Below are positions 11,801 to 23,339 of a DNA stretch of 51,094 bases, one piece after another. Position numbers and translations under genes: made by a program. The stretch is taken from contig NW_021834706.1 in assembly GCF_006345805.1 (NCBI RefSeq), positions 1 through 51,094 on the forward strand. Reading direction: 5' to 3'. Under the pieces are notes generated by a model. That model was given only the letters and a program-made list of their open reading frames with translations. It was not told where the DNA came from and ran no database searches. Source of the stretch: Octopus sinensis. Lineage: Eukaryota. How positions within the stretch are numbered: position 1 is the first letter of the stretch; every line of letters starts with the position of its first letter.

Positions 11801-12639
11801 AAGTTTGAAAACATAAAATTTTGGTGCGAAATATAGTTAGTCAAAAAAGTTTGTGACTCAGTACAATTTATTGTTGCGACTAGATTTTATCTTGTCATAA
11901 TTTCTGGTAACAGGTGTTAAATGAGTAGCAAAAAGCATCATAATTATATTATGGCCTCCAATAACATATTCAGATAGAAAAAGTAACAGTATTTTTTAAC
12001 AGATCGAACTCATAAAGCAAGTAGTGCAAAGAGGAAGCGTGCTGTGTAAAGGGAAATAAAAAAACACTGCGGACTTCTGGGGCAGCAAGTTTTAATTAAA
12101 TGAGATGTTTAAACACGACTTGAAACGAAATAGGTCTATATAATTAAATGCCGTGGGAAAACGTTTGAATGAAAGCACAAATGGGTTTGTTTTTGTTCTT
12201 TTTTTTTTGGTAAAATTTTCACAAAGCTAGCTAGGAAATTAATTTAAAGATGGGCCCGAACCGAAGTCATAAAAATCGGCAACATGTAGGAACATGAAAA
12301 TACAAGTCGACTCTTAACTTTTAGTGTAACACATCCATGTGCAAGCATATATATGTATGCACGTAGGAATGCATGTATAAATGTATACATACATATATAT
12401 ATAAATTTAAATGTGTGTGTGTCTGTGTGTGTGTGTAGTCCGATAACAGACAAAGTCAATGACTATTGAAAATGTTGCAAGACGCAACGAAAGTTTTAGT
12501 GAAAAATAAATAAGTGAAAGAGTGTGAGTGTGTGTTAGAGTAATAAAGAACTAAAAGAGAATGGTTCTCCCCAGACACAATAAAACATGCTTCAACACAC
12601 GAATTCAGATAATGAATCTTGCAAGCCACAAAAAAAATT

Positions 12640-12935
12640 AAATATTTAAATATTTAAATATTCCACCTTCTAACCCTGAAAGCTCGTTCCGTTGTTAAAC
12701 CTCGGCTTTTAAGGTCTTTTGCTATTGTTCTCCGCCCTGTTTCCTTTGGTCGGCCACGTCTTCTTTTACCTTGCGGAACCCATTGCAAAGCGATCCTGAC
12801 TGAGTTCGCTTTATAGCAACGAACTCGACCCAGCCATTTCCATCTCCTTGCTTCAATAGTCTCTCATTATTTGCCCGTTACCCTTGGTGTGTAGTTCGGT
12901 ATTCGAGATCATATTCGGCCAGTGGACCTTCAAAA
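12640..12935 (-). mobile_element. RTE-clade LINE 3' remnant (RT C-terminal region plus short tandem tail)
   Basis: Frameshifted translation HWPNMISNTELHT / ETIEARRWKWLGRVRC...IALQWVPQGKRRRGRPKETGRRTIAKDL; tandem (atttaaat)-like tail at ~12640-12662. Confidence 0.85.
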
Positions 12936-13299
12936 TTTTTCGATGGATGGATGAACGTGAGTATATATATGCTTGTATTCATTGTATCACTTAAATACTT
13001 TTTATATATATTCTGCTGTTTAGGACTTCCAAGCGAACAGCAATTTTTAAATCCTCGCCTATAATGTTTCTCTCATCGCTTAGAACAAGAAAATCTGTTG
13101 AATAATTTTGGGAAAATTGGGGACCAAGTTCTTGTCCATACATAAATCTATGAGTGTATAAATACAGTTGTCATTGTTAATTTTCGGTACAACTGCCATA
13201 TAATGTCTATTGTCAACAATGAACAAATCAGATAATCTAATTTTGCGAAAAGATACAAAGCCTATCAGTAAGATGTATTTGAGTGTAGGCTTATTCTTT

Positions 13300-13622
13300 C
13301 AGGACAGAGACCCCTTTTGGTCACGAATGACCATGGGATTGCACCTTGAAAGTTACCCTCCAAGGCACAAATCCGGGTTGTTTATGAAAGACCAGCAGTT
13401 GCCCATGCATACCGGCCTCCCCTCTCCACGCCACCAGTGTTATCCAGGGAAAGACAAAGGTCGATACAGCTTGGCACCTGTGACGTCGCAACTCATTTCT
13501 ACTGCTGAGTGAACTGGAGCAACGTTAAATAAAGTGTCTTGCTCAAGAACACAACACACAGCCCGGTTCGGGATTCGAACTCACTATCTCACAGTCGTAA
13601 GATCGACCCTCTAACCATGGAG
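13300..13622 (-). mobile_element. tRNA-derived SINE of a fourth family
   Basis: Minus head ccatggttagagggtcg...gagttcgaatccc followed by ttgtgttcttgagcaagacacttt. Confidence 0.75.
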
Positions 13623-14214
13623 CAAGAGAATAATATTCATATAAACAAATTTTTCTCGAATATAATTGCTTATATTTTGTCACGCTAATTTTCTCGAATA
13701 TAATTTGTTATATTTTGTCACGCTAATTTTCAGTCGTGTACGTTATCGCTAATGTGAAACTACGAGTAATGATGCCAGAAGCCCAGTTTTCCATAAAATT
13801 ATGACGCTTTACTTTATATATTGAGTAATTTTTTTTTGCCTTTCTAAACTCAAACGCCCACCAAACTTGCATTTTTGTTGAGTCGTATTTTTGTATGCAA
13901 CTGTATGTGTATTTGTGTGGTTGTGCATTAATGTATACGCTTTTCACTTTTATGAAATCGCCGAAAAAAGTAATACATCTATAACTTATGAATTTATTGC
14001 TAAAATATTCACATATTCTTAGTTATTTTTCATCCAGCTACCTCGCATGCGCACACACGCACATACACATGAAAATATATGTAAATGTGCGAGAGAGTGT
14101 AGGTTGTTGGGAGTGTCTGTATACAAAGGCATTGTTGTGTACGCGTGCGTTTAAAGTAAACTGTTTATTCATATAAATGTAAGTGTGTCTGTGAATACAT
14201 GAACATACATATAC

Positions 14215-14423
14215 TCTTTTACTCCTTTATTTGTTTCAGTCATTTGACAGCGTCCATGCTGGAGCACCGCCTTTCGTCGAGCAAATCGACCCTAAGGACT
14301 TATTCTTTGTAAGCCTAGTACTTATTCTATCGGGCTCTCTTGCCGAACCGCTAAGTGACGGGGACGTAAACACACCAGCATCGGCTGTCAAGCGATGTTG
14401 GGGAGAGACAAACATAGACACAA

Positions 14424-14432
<9 letters not shown>
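14215..14432 (-). mobile_element. SINE family B 3' half
   Basis: Similar to 8899-9100; its head appears displaced to 14728-14890 by intervening sequence. Confidence 0.85.
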
Positions 14433-14467
<35 letters not shown>

Positions 14468-14516
14468 GTATGTATGTATGTATCAAATGAAATAAAAAAC
14501 ACAACACAAAGGATGT

Positions 14517-14610
14517 CGCGGTACACATGTTTCGAGCTTTATAAAACAACATATTCTTACATCAATGTATAATCGGCATAACAGATAGTTTAAAGCCCTC
14601 TTCAGCCGCA
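14517..14610 (-). ncRNA. Type I hammerhead ribozyme with intact core and 49-nt loop II
   Basis: UGCGG CUGAAGA GGGCUUUA-(49 nt)-UAAAGCUC GAAAC AUGU GUA CCGCG: stem I 5 bp, stem II 8 bp, GUA cleavage triplet. Confidence 0.8.
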
Positions 14611-14727
14611 TGCAATTGCTACACCAAAGACTTGTATCACATTATGAAAGGTCTGAGAAAGAACATTTGGTATTATTTAAAATGGTAGGTAAACTGAGTA
14701 TCACTGAGAAAGTATATATATATATAT

Positions 14728-14890
14728 ATACGACGGGCTTTTTTCAGTTACCTTCTACCAAATCCACTCACAAGGCTTTGATCGGCCCGAGGCTATAGTA
14801 GAATACACTTGCTGAAGGAGTCACGGACTGAACCCGGAACCATGTGGTTGGTAAGCAAGCTACTTACCATACAGCCAGTCCTGCGCCTAT
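14728..14890 (-). mobile_element. SINE family B 5' half
   Basis: Head ends cctgcgcctat at ~14890. Confidence 0.85.
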
Positions 14891-14989
14891 ATACACGCAA
14901 AATATACATATTACAAATGTCTACGTATATGCATACATACATACATACCTTCATACATACATACATACATACATACATACATACAACAC

Positions 14990-15032
14990 AAGTAGTAGTA
15001 ATAGTAGTAGTTGCAGCAGTAGCAGCAGCAGC

Positions 15033-15083
<51 letters not shown>

Positions 15084-15144
15084 TAGCAGTAGTAGTAGCA
15101 GTAGTTGCAGCAACAGCAGCAGCAGTAGTAGTAGTAGTAGTAGT

Positions 15145-15203
<59 letters not shown>

Positions 15204-15222
15204 CAGTAGTAGTAGTAGTAGT

Positions 15223-15254
<32 letters not shown>

Positions 15255-15420
15255 TAGTAGTAGTGTAGTAGTAGCAGTTGCAGTAGTAGTTGTAGTTACA
15301 GCAGTAGTGGCAGTAGTTGCAGCAGCAGCAGTAGTAGTAGTAATAGTAGCAGCAGTACTAGTAGTAGTAGTAGTAGCAGTAGCAGCAGCAGTAGCAGCAG
15401 CAGTAGTAGTAGTAGTCATA
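14990..15420. repeat. (TAG)n/(CAG)n trinucleotide microsatellite
   Basis: Direct inspection. Confidence 0.95.
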
Positions 15421-16030
15421 GTATCTGCAAGCAATTCTGTATCAATCATAAAAAAAAAAGTAAAAGGCCGCCTGCTGTCAAGAGAAACTTTCGGAATGAT
15501 ATTTCAGCTGCGTTTAAATAGCTTTGACCGTTTATATAAGCTTGCCTTTTTACAACATTAGGCATATATATATATGTGTGTGTGTGTGTAGAAACTGGTT
15601 CGAACTGTTCCCTTTTTTCTTGACAGTTTTACCCTTATTTCGCCTCCCTTCGCCCCTATCATTTCGTATTCATAAGTGCAAAACAAATAGTTTTCTGGAG
15701 AATAATAATAATAATATTATTCGGTTTTATGCCTAGCATCCTGACTTTTCTTTATAGGTGACTCATATTTTAGTTGTGAAGTATAGGTGTGTACTTATGT
15801 GCTTAGGGACATCTGTATGCGATTGTGTAGGAATTTGTGTGCGTGAGTATGAATGTGTGTGTGTGTGCTTGCGTAGGAATTTGTGTGTATGAATGTGTGT
15901 CTTGGAACGTATGCATGTGTGTGACTATGTGTATATGTAGGAAGACGTGAGCGTGTATGAATGTGTGTGCGTAGGTATCTGTATGAATATAGTTGTGTAG
16001 GTTTATATATCTGTATGTACGTACGTGTGT

Positions 16031-16069
<39 letters not shown>

Positions 16070-16142
16070 TGTTTGGTTTCGTACAAATGGTTGTAGGTGA
16101 GCGTGTTTGCATTCATGAGCATGTGTGTGTGTGTGTGCGTAT

Positions 16143-16680
16143 GAGTTCAAATTCCGCCGAGGTCGACTTTGCCTTTCATCCTTTCGGAGTCGATAGAATT
16201 AAGTACCAGTTACGCACTGGCGTCGATATATTCGGCTTAATCCGTTTGTCTGTCTTTGTTTGTCCTCTCTGTGTTTAGCCCCTTGTGGGTAGTAAAGAAA
16301 TAGGTATTTCGTCTGCCGTTACGTTCTGAGATCAAATTCCGCCGAGGTCGACTTTGCCTTCCATCATTTCGGGGTCGATAAATTAAGTACCATTTACGCA
16401 CTGGGGTAGATGTAATCAACTTAATCCGTTTGTCTGTCCTTGCTTGTCTCCTCTGTGTTTAGCCCCTTGCGGGTAGCAAAGAAATAGGTATTTCGCCTGC
16501 CGTTACGTTCTGAGTTCAAATTCCGCCGAGGTCGACTTTGCCTTTCATCCTTTCGGAGTCGATAAAATTAAGTACCAGCTACGCACTGGCGTCGATATAT
16601 TCGGTTTAATCCGTTTGTCTGTCCTTGTTTGTCCCCTCTGTGTTTATCCCCTTGTGGGTAGTAAAGAAATAGGTATTTTG
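16143..16680 (+). mobile_element. Head-to-tail trimer of SINE family C (~184-bp unit)
   Basis: Unit starts at 16143, 16328 and 16512; junction gtagtaaagaaataggtatttcgtctgccg. Confidence 0.9.
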
Positions 16681-17515
16681 CATCGTGAATTCGTTCACCA
16701 GAGCCAAACCGACAATGGCGAATTCTACTGCGACATTTTGAAGCGTTTAAGGGCAGACATTCGGCGATAGTGACCGGATCTGTGGAGTGCAAAGAACTGA
16801 ATTCTTCATGACGACAATACACCTTGTCACTGAGCTTTCCTCACCTGCGTGGAGGACAATGGCCCAGTGGTTAGGGCAGCGGACTCGCGGTCATAGGATC
16901 GCGGTTTCGATTCCCAGACCGGGCGTTGTGAGTGTTTATTGAGCGAAAACACCTAAAGCTCCACGATGCTCCGGCAGGGGATGGTGGTGATCCCTGCTGT
17001 ACTCTTTCACCACAACTTTCTCTCACTCTTACTTCCTGTTTCTGTTGTACCTGTATTTCAAAGGGTACACGTGTCTGTGGAGTGCTCAGCCACTTACACG
17101 TTAATTTCACGAGCAGGCTGTTCCGTTGATTCGGATCAACCGGAACCCTCGTCGTCGTAACCGACGGAGTGCTTCCATTCCTCACCTGCCCTATTCGCCA
17201 GATTTAGCACATGCGGACTTCCGTCTTTTCCCCAAATGAAAATGTAGCTCAAAGGTGCCTGTTTTAACTTCGTATTAGTGTCGTACCCGTAGACCCAACT
17301 CTCGTCACTGATTCCAGAACGAATCACAGAAGGTCCTCGACTCGCCTACGGAAAACGACTTCCAGGCCGGATTCCGAAAGTAGCAGAGTCGCTGGACAAG
17401 GTGTAGTGCTGCGCAAGGTAACTATTTCGAAGGATATGAAGTTAAAACTTGGGTAAATAAGTTTTTTTTTTTATTAAACATGACTAATCCGGGAACTTTT
17501 TGAAACCACCATGTA
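16680..17515 (+). mobile_element. Decayed mariner (DD34D-type) transposon 3' part with right TIR, interrupted by a SINE
   Basis: HREFVHQSQTDNGEFYCDILKRLRADIRR...ILHDDNTPCH, then PYSPDLAHADFRLFP and RWTRCSAAQGNYFEG; TIR ccgggaactttttgaaaccaccatgta ending in TA at 17515. Confidence 0.9.
16849..17177 (+). mobile_element. SINE family A (internal deletion) nested in mariner
   Basis: 12-bp TSD ttcctcacctgc at 16837-16848 and 17178-17189. Confidence 0.9.
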
Positions 17516-17693
17516 TTTTTTTTTTTGTGCCAAGGAACAACCCGATACACGCATGCGTACGATACACACACTCACGCTAGATACAATTCACACACAGAGA
17601 GACTTACGCACATACACACTTACACGCACACACACACACACACTTGCGCAGGTACACACTGTCTTCCCTTCTCGGGATCTTTCCTTCTCCTAT

Positions 17694-17728
17694 GTTTCCG
17701 ACGAAGAGCTCCGCTCGAAACGTTAAAC
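17694..17728 (+). ncRNA. Minimal type I hammerhead-like motif, U4C variant, within Penelope-like fragment 17655-17830
   Basis: Identical to the motif at 5073-5107. Confidence 0.6.
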
Positions 17729-17836
17729 CCTCCTTCTTTCCCTCTTTCCTGTGCGTCCAATAATACTATATTTGTTCCACGTCCTCGCGTTGTTGTGTTT
17801 TTTTGTGCTTTCTTGTTTGGATTAACTTTATATATA

Positions 17837-17895
<59 letters not shown>

Positions 17896-17918
17896 CATAC
17901 ATACATACACACACACAG

Positions 17919-17950
<32 letters not shown>

Positions 17951-17951
<1 letters not shown>

Positions 17952-18048
17952 AATATTATTCGAGACAAAACCACTATTTTGCAAAACAAACAAGGAAAGA
18001 CTTAATCAATACATAAAATTTTAATAAATAGTCAAAAAAAAAAAAAAA

Positions 18049-18095
<47 letters not shown>

Positions 18096-18174
18096 GACTA
18101 TTATTAAATTTTATGTATTGATTAAGTCTTTCCTGTTTGTTTTGCAAATAGTGGTTTTGTCTCTAATAATATTT
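17951..18174. repeat. Palindrome with ~95-bp arms around an (A)n-(TA)n-(T)n centre
   Basis: aaatattattcgagacaaaaccactattttgc... is mirrored by ...gcaaatagtggttttgtctctaataatattt. Confidence 0.9.
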
Positions 18175-18544
18175 TTTAAATATTTTACTATAAAATTGGA
18201 TTTAATCCTAAATCTGATTTTTTTCCCTGTAAATTTGGATTTATTCCCTAATATTTATTATTTATATACATACATATATATATACATATATATATATATA
18301 CACACACACACATATACATGCGTACATACATTCATACATACATATATTCATTCATTCATACATACATACTTACGTACATTCTTGCATTCACACACACACA
18401 CATACACACATACACACATACGCACTCACATCACATACACGTACACACACATACAGACAGACTTCACTGTACTTCCTGCTCCACCCTCTCTTTTTCTCTC
18501 TCTCTCTCTCTCTATTTCTCTTTCTTACACACACACTCACACAC

Positions 18545-18627
18545 ACACACAGAATGCTAGTGTATAATTTTACCATTTACATTATTCACACTAAACAAGC
18601 ACAAAAATACACACATCTTTTCACACA

Positions 18628-18662
<35 letters not shown>

Positions 18663-18952
18663 ACACAGACACACATCTTTTCACACACGCACACACACAC
18701 ACACACACACATACACATACACACAGACACACATCTTTTCACACATACACACACACACACACACCACACATACACATACACACAGACACACATCTTTTCA
18801 CACATGCACACACACACACACACACACACATACACATACACACAGACACACATCTTTTCACACACGCACACACACACACACATACACACACACAGATCTT
18901 TTCACACGCGCACACACACACACACATACACACACACACATCTTTTCACACA

Positions 18953-18993
<41 letters not shown>

Positions 18994-19400
18994 AACACAC
19001 ACGTATACACAATGCTAGTGTATAAGTTTGCCATTTACATTATTCACACTAAACAAGCTCAAAAACACACACATCTTTTCACACATGCACGCACAAACAC
19101 ACATACACATACACACACACACACATACACACACACATCTTTTCACACACGCGCACACACACACACACACACATGCAGAATGCTAGTGTATAATTTTGCC
19201 ATTTACATTATTCACACTACACAAGGTCAAAAACACACACATCTTTTCACACACGCACACACACACACACACACACAAACACATCTTTTCACACATGCAT
19301 GCACACAAGCACACACACACACACACACACAACTTCTCCTCGCATACCTTGAAAAAACTTCTTTTAACACACACACACACTCTCTCTCATCAACACCTAA
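18545..19400. repeat. (CA)n-based VNTR with acatcttttcacac units and three copies of a ~75-bp unique block
   Basis: aatgctagtgtataa...ttattcacact at ~18553, ~19011 and ~19179. Confidence 0.85.
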
Positions 19401-19564
19401 CGCACTCGCTTAGCGTCGACCGTCAAAGACCCGGAGCTGTAATTTTCAAAACCGGGAATCGAAGCGACAAAATAAATATTTGACTTAAATTCAACGCGAA
19501 ATAATAAAAAGTTTCGATGTGTGACATGAAGGGGAATGAGCAGAATTAAACGGGAAATACTTAC

Positions 19565-19632
19565 TGCAATTTTACTAGGGAAATTAGATAGTTTTTCTCC
19601 ATGGCATTTGTGTGTGTTCTAAGTAAACCGAT
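19565..19632 (-). CDS. Candidate exon (68 bp), single open frame IGLLRTHTNAMEKNYLISLVKL
   Basis: Acceptor ggtttatttcag; donor GCA|GTAAGT; may equally be a UTR or lncRNA exon. Confidence 0.35.
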
Positions 19633-19769
19633 CTGAAATAAACCAGTTGATATCAGCTCGTCATCCCCACCACCGACAACAACAACAATACCAACAACAA
19701 CAACAACACCGCGAAATACACACACACGTATATTATTACATAGGTCCTTTGTGAAGCGACTAATGAATG

Positions 19770-19807
19770 AAGCAGAAGTGGTGGTGGTGGTGGTGGTGGT
19801 AGTAGTC

Positions 19808-19839
<32 letters not shown>

Positions 19840-20303
19840 GTGGTGGTGGTGGTGGTGGTGGTGGTGGTGGTAATAGTAGTAGTAGAAGTAGTGGTGGTGG
19901 TGGTGGTGGTGGTGGTAATAGTAGTAGTAGAAGTAGTAGTGGTGGTGGTGTGTGGTGGTGGTGGTGGTAATAGTAGTAGAAGTAGTAGTGGTGGGGTGGT
20001 GGTGGTGGTTGGTGGATAGTAGTAGTAGTAAGTAGTGGTGGTGGTGGTGTTGGTGGTAGTAGTAGGAGTAGTAGGTATATATAGTGTAGGGGTAGTAGTA
20101 GTTTAGTTTGTAGTGGTGGTGGGTGGTGTGTGGTAGTAGTAGTAGTAATAGTAGTTGTAGTGGTAGTAGTAGTTGTAGTAGTGGTGGTGGTGGTGGTGGT
20201 GGTGGCGGTGGTGGTGGTGATGGTTGCGGCAGCGGCGGTTTTCATCGCCGTCGTCGTAGTGGTATGTGGGTAATAATAGTAGTAGTAGCAGAAGTGGTAA
20301 TGC

Positions 20304-20336
<33 letters not shown>

Positions 20337-20430
20337 AGTAGTAGGTAGTGGTGGTGGTGATGGTGGTGGTGGTGGTTATACCAGTGGTAGTGGTCAGGTT
20401 TGTAGTAGTAGTGGTGGTGGTGGGTGGTGA

Positions 20431-20462
<32 letters not shown>

Positions 20463-20515
20463 GTAGTAGTATAGTAGTAGTAGTAGTAGTAGTAGTAGTT
20501 GTAGTAGTAGAAATT
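19770..20515. repeat. (TGG)n/(TAG)n compound microsatellite
   Basis: Direct inspection. Confidence 0.95.
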
Positions 20516-20874
20516 GTAGACACGTTTGTGCGTGATAAATGATTTCGTATACGTTAAGCCAAGCTTCTATTGATGGGAAAGTGCAGGGCGAGGCGGGGCG
20601 GGGATAGGGAGAAAGAAAGAGAGAAGGATGGAAAGGAGGAAGGTTAAGTAGTGACAGAGAGATGACTCGTTGGCTGGTCTGGTTGGCGGGGAACGGGGCT
20701 GTTGAGCGCCCGCCATGCGGATGTCTTGTGTTCGTGAATATGGTGGTTTTGGTGGTGACGTTTCTCTTGTTTTCCTTGACGATCATTCGACATCATCAGG
20801 AAAAACTGTACCTGCATTGGGGTCAATTTCCGGCACAAGGCCAGCAATTACGATGGTGGTGGTGGTGGGGGGGG

Positions 20875-21195
20875 GGGAGTCGATTACATCGAATCCCCAG
20901 TGCGCAACTGGTATTTATTTTATCGACCCCGGAAGGACAAGGGCGATGTCTTCCTCGGAACAATTTCAACTCAGAACGTACGGACGGATGAAATACCCCT
21001 AAGCATTTTGTCCAGCTTGCAAACGAATCGGATCTTTTCCCTTTGAACGACAGAGCAAGAAATTAATTTATCGGGGTCGATAAATAAAGAACCAGTCAAG
21101 TAATGGGGTCGATGTAATCGACTATCCCCTTCTCCACAAATTCCAGGCCTTGTACCTATGATAGAAAGGATTAAGGCGGTGGGCTGACAGAATCG
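20875..21195. mobile_element. SINE family C fragments
   Basis: gtcgattacatcgaatcccc...gaaatacc (minus) and ggggtcgataaataaagaaccag (plus). Confidence 0.7.
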
Positions 21196-21197
21196 TT

Positions 21198-21480
21198 GGA
21201 TCTTTTCCCTTTAAACGGCAGATCGAGAAATTAATTTTTTTGTCACTTAACACTTTCAAACTTCGGACACTGGTAGAATGTGTCATATAAAACATCTTTT
21301 ACTCTTAGCGTTTTTGAGAAAAACTTATATTTACGAAGTTATTTCGTGTTAAAGTTGTTGTATTTCGGTAATTTCAACCAATCAATGACGTGTATTCAAC
21401 TGAATAAAATTTCTGCCGTTGTTTGTCAATAACAACTTCCGGCGTTGTATATTTCGCTTGTCACTGTTATTTCATATATC
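21198..21480. mobile_element. Truncated MITE related to 47528-47958
   Basis: Starts ggatcttttccctttaaacggcag, similar to that TIR; internal ccaatcaatgacgt segment shared in reverse. Confidence 0.55.
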
Positions 21481-21809
21481 ATAAATAAATAAACCATGTG
21501 GTTGGTAACCAAGCTACTTACCACACATCCACTCCTGTTTCTTTAAATAATTTCGATAAAAATTTATCATAGGGATTGCCAGTCAACTCAGATATCTAAA
21601 AAGAGGCTTGGACAGTATTAGGATATTTAGATAATATTGTAAAATTTCATTTTCGCTAGTAATAAAAGTATTTCATTTTGCTGTGCCTAGGGAGGGTCAT
21701 TATGCCAGTATCATTAACACACGCACTGGTTCAATTCCATTCCTTTATTATTAGTCAATTGGTTAAATATTCAAATAACTAATCAATTGTTTATTCTTTT
21801 ATTCCTTTT

Positions 21810-22026
21810 TATTCTTTTATTTGTTTCAGTCATTTGACTGCGGCCGTGCTGGAGTGTGGCCTTTAGTCGAACAAATCGGTCCCAGGACTTATTCTTTGTA
21901 AGCTTAGTAATTATTCTATCGGTCTCTTTTGCCGAACCGTTAGGTTACGGGGACGTAAACACACCAGCACCGGCTGTCAAGTGATGGCGGGGGAGACAGA
22001 CGCACAAACATATATACAAACATACA

Positions 22027-22075
<49 letters not shown>

Positions 22076-22158
22076 TTATCTACATATTATATTTATGTTT
22101 ATATGTATATATATATATATATTATATGTATAAATATATATATATATAAATATATATT

Positions 22159-22204
<46 letters not shown>

Positions 22205-22357
22205 CGTGTTTTTCAGTTTCCGTCTACCAAATCCACGCATAAGACTTTGATCGGTCCGAGGGTAGTGTAGAAGACACTTGTCCAAGGTGCCATATAGTGG
22301 GACTGAACCCGGAACCATGTGGTTGGGAAGCAACCTATTTACCACACAGCCACTCCT
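21810..22357 (-). mobile_element. SINE family B with expanded internal (TA)n
   Basis: Tail 21810-22010, head 22205-22357. Confidence 0.85.
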
Positions 22358-22767
22358 AGACAGTAAATCATTCGTTTTGCTTTTGTTTCTCAAAGTTTTT
22401 TCGTTGTAACTGGCAACTCATTCAATAGCTTCCGTCTTAGTCAAACGAAGTCAAATATTTCAACCAAGTACAATATTTTAAATACATTTCCGAAACAAAG
22501 ACTCTTTGTCGGGATTAAAATATGATCCTCAAATTGCGTCATCAACGAACAGAATCATGACTTATGCTTCGACAAGATCCAAAATGAATTCGTTATACAT
22601 GCTGTCGCCGATTTTTTAAAATTTCCATAAAATTTTACATACGAGACACTGGCCTAAACGAATATCTAAAACGAAGTTCTCATAGTAAATGGGATAATAT
22701 AAGATAATATGAACTTAAAAGTTTGCACAAAATTTGATTCGATTTGAATCTTTACTCTCTCTCTCTC

Positions 22768-23158
22768 TCTCTTTTACTTGTTTCAGTCATTTGACTGTGG
22801 CCATGCTGGAGCACCGCCTTTAGTCGAGCAAATCGACCCCCATCACTTATTCTTTGTAAGCCCCTAGTACTTATTCTATCGGAATTCTTTTGCTGAACCG
22901 CTAAGTTACGGAGACGTAAACACACCAGCATCGGTTGTCAAGCGATGATGAGGGGGACAAACATAGATACACAAACATATACACACACATATATATGATG
23001 GCTTCTTTCAGTTTCCGTCTACCAAATCCACTCACAAGGCTTTGGTCGGCCCGATGCTATAGTAGAAGATACTTGCCCAAGGTGCCATGCAGTGGGACTG
23101 AACCCGGAACCATGTGGTTTGTATGCAAGCTACTTACCACACAGCCACTTCTGCGCCT
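22768..23158 (-). mobile_element. Full-length SINE family B
   Basis: Colinear with 8899-9293. Confidence 0.9.
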
Positions 23159-23339
23159 GATTAAAATATTTTGATTTTTAAATTTTTTTACTTTTGTGTG
23201 TGTTGTGTGTGTGTTTGTGTGTGTGTGTGTGCGTGTGTGTGTGTGTGTGTGTTGTTTTGTGATGTATGGGGCGGTGATGTTTTTGTAAAACTCCATTTGA
23301 TGAAAACGGATGTAAATCTACAAGAGCCAGCCTCATGAG

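Noticed and set aside
20750-20800. Minus-strand CTGATGA...GAAACGTC
   Set aside because: Neither stem I nor stem II can pair; treated as chance
20644-21002. ORFs in the GC-richer island, including a Kozak-like GCCCGCCATG
   Set aside because: They run into SINE or microsatellite sequence and have no recognisable domain
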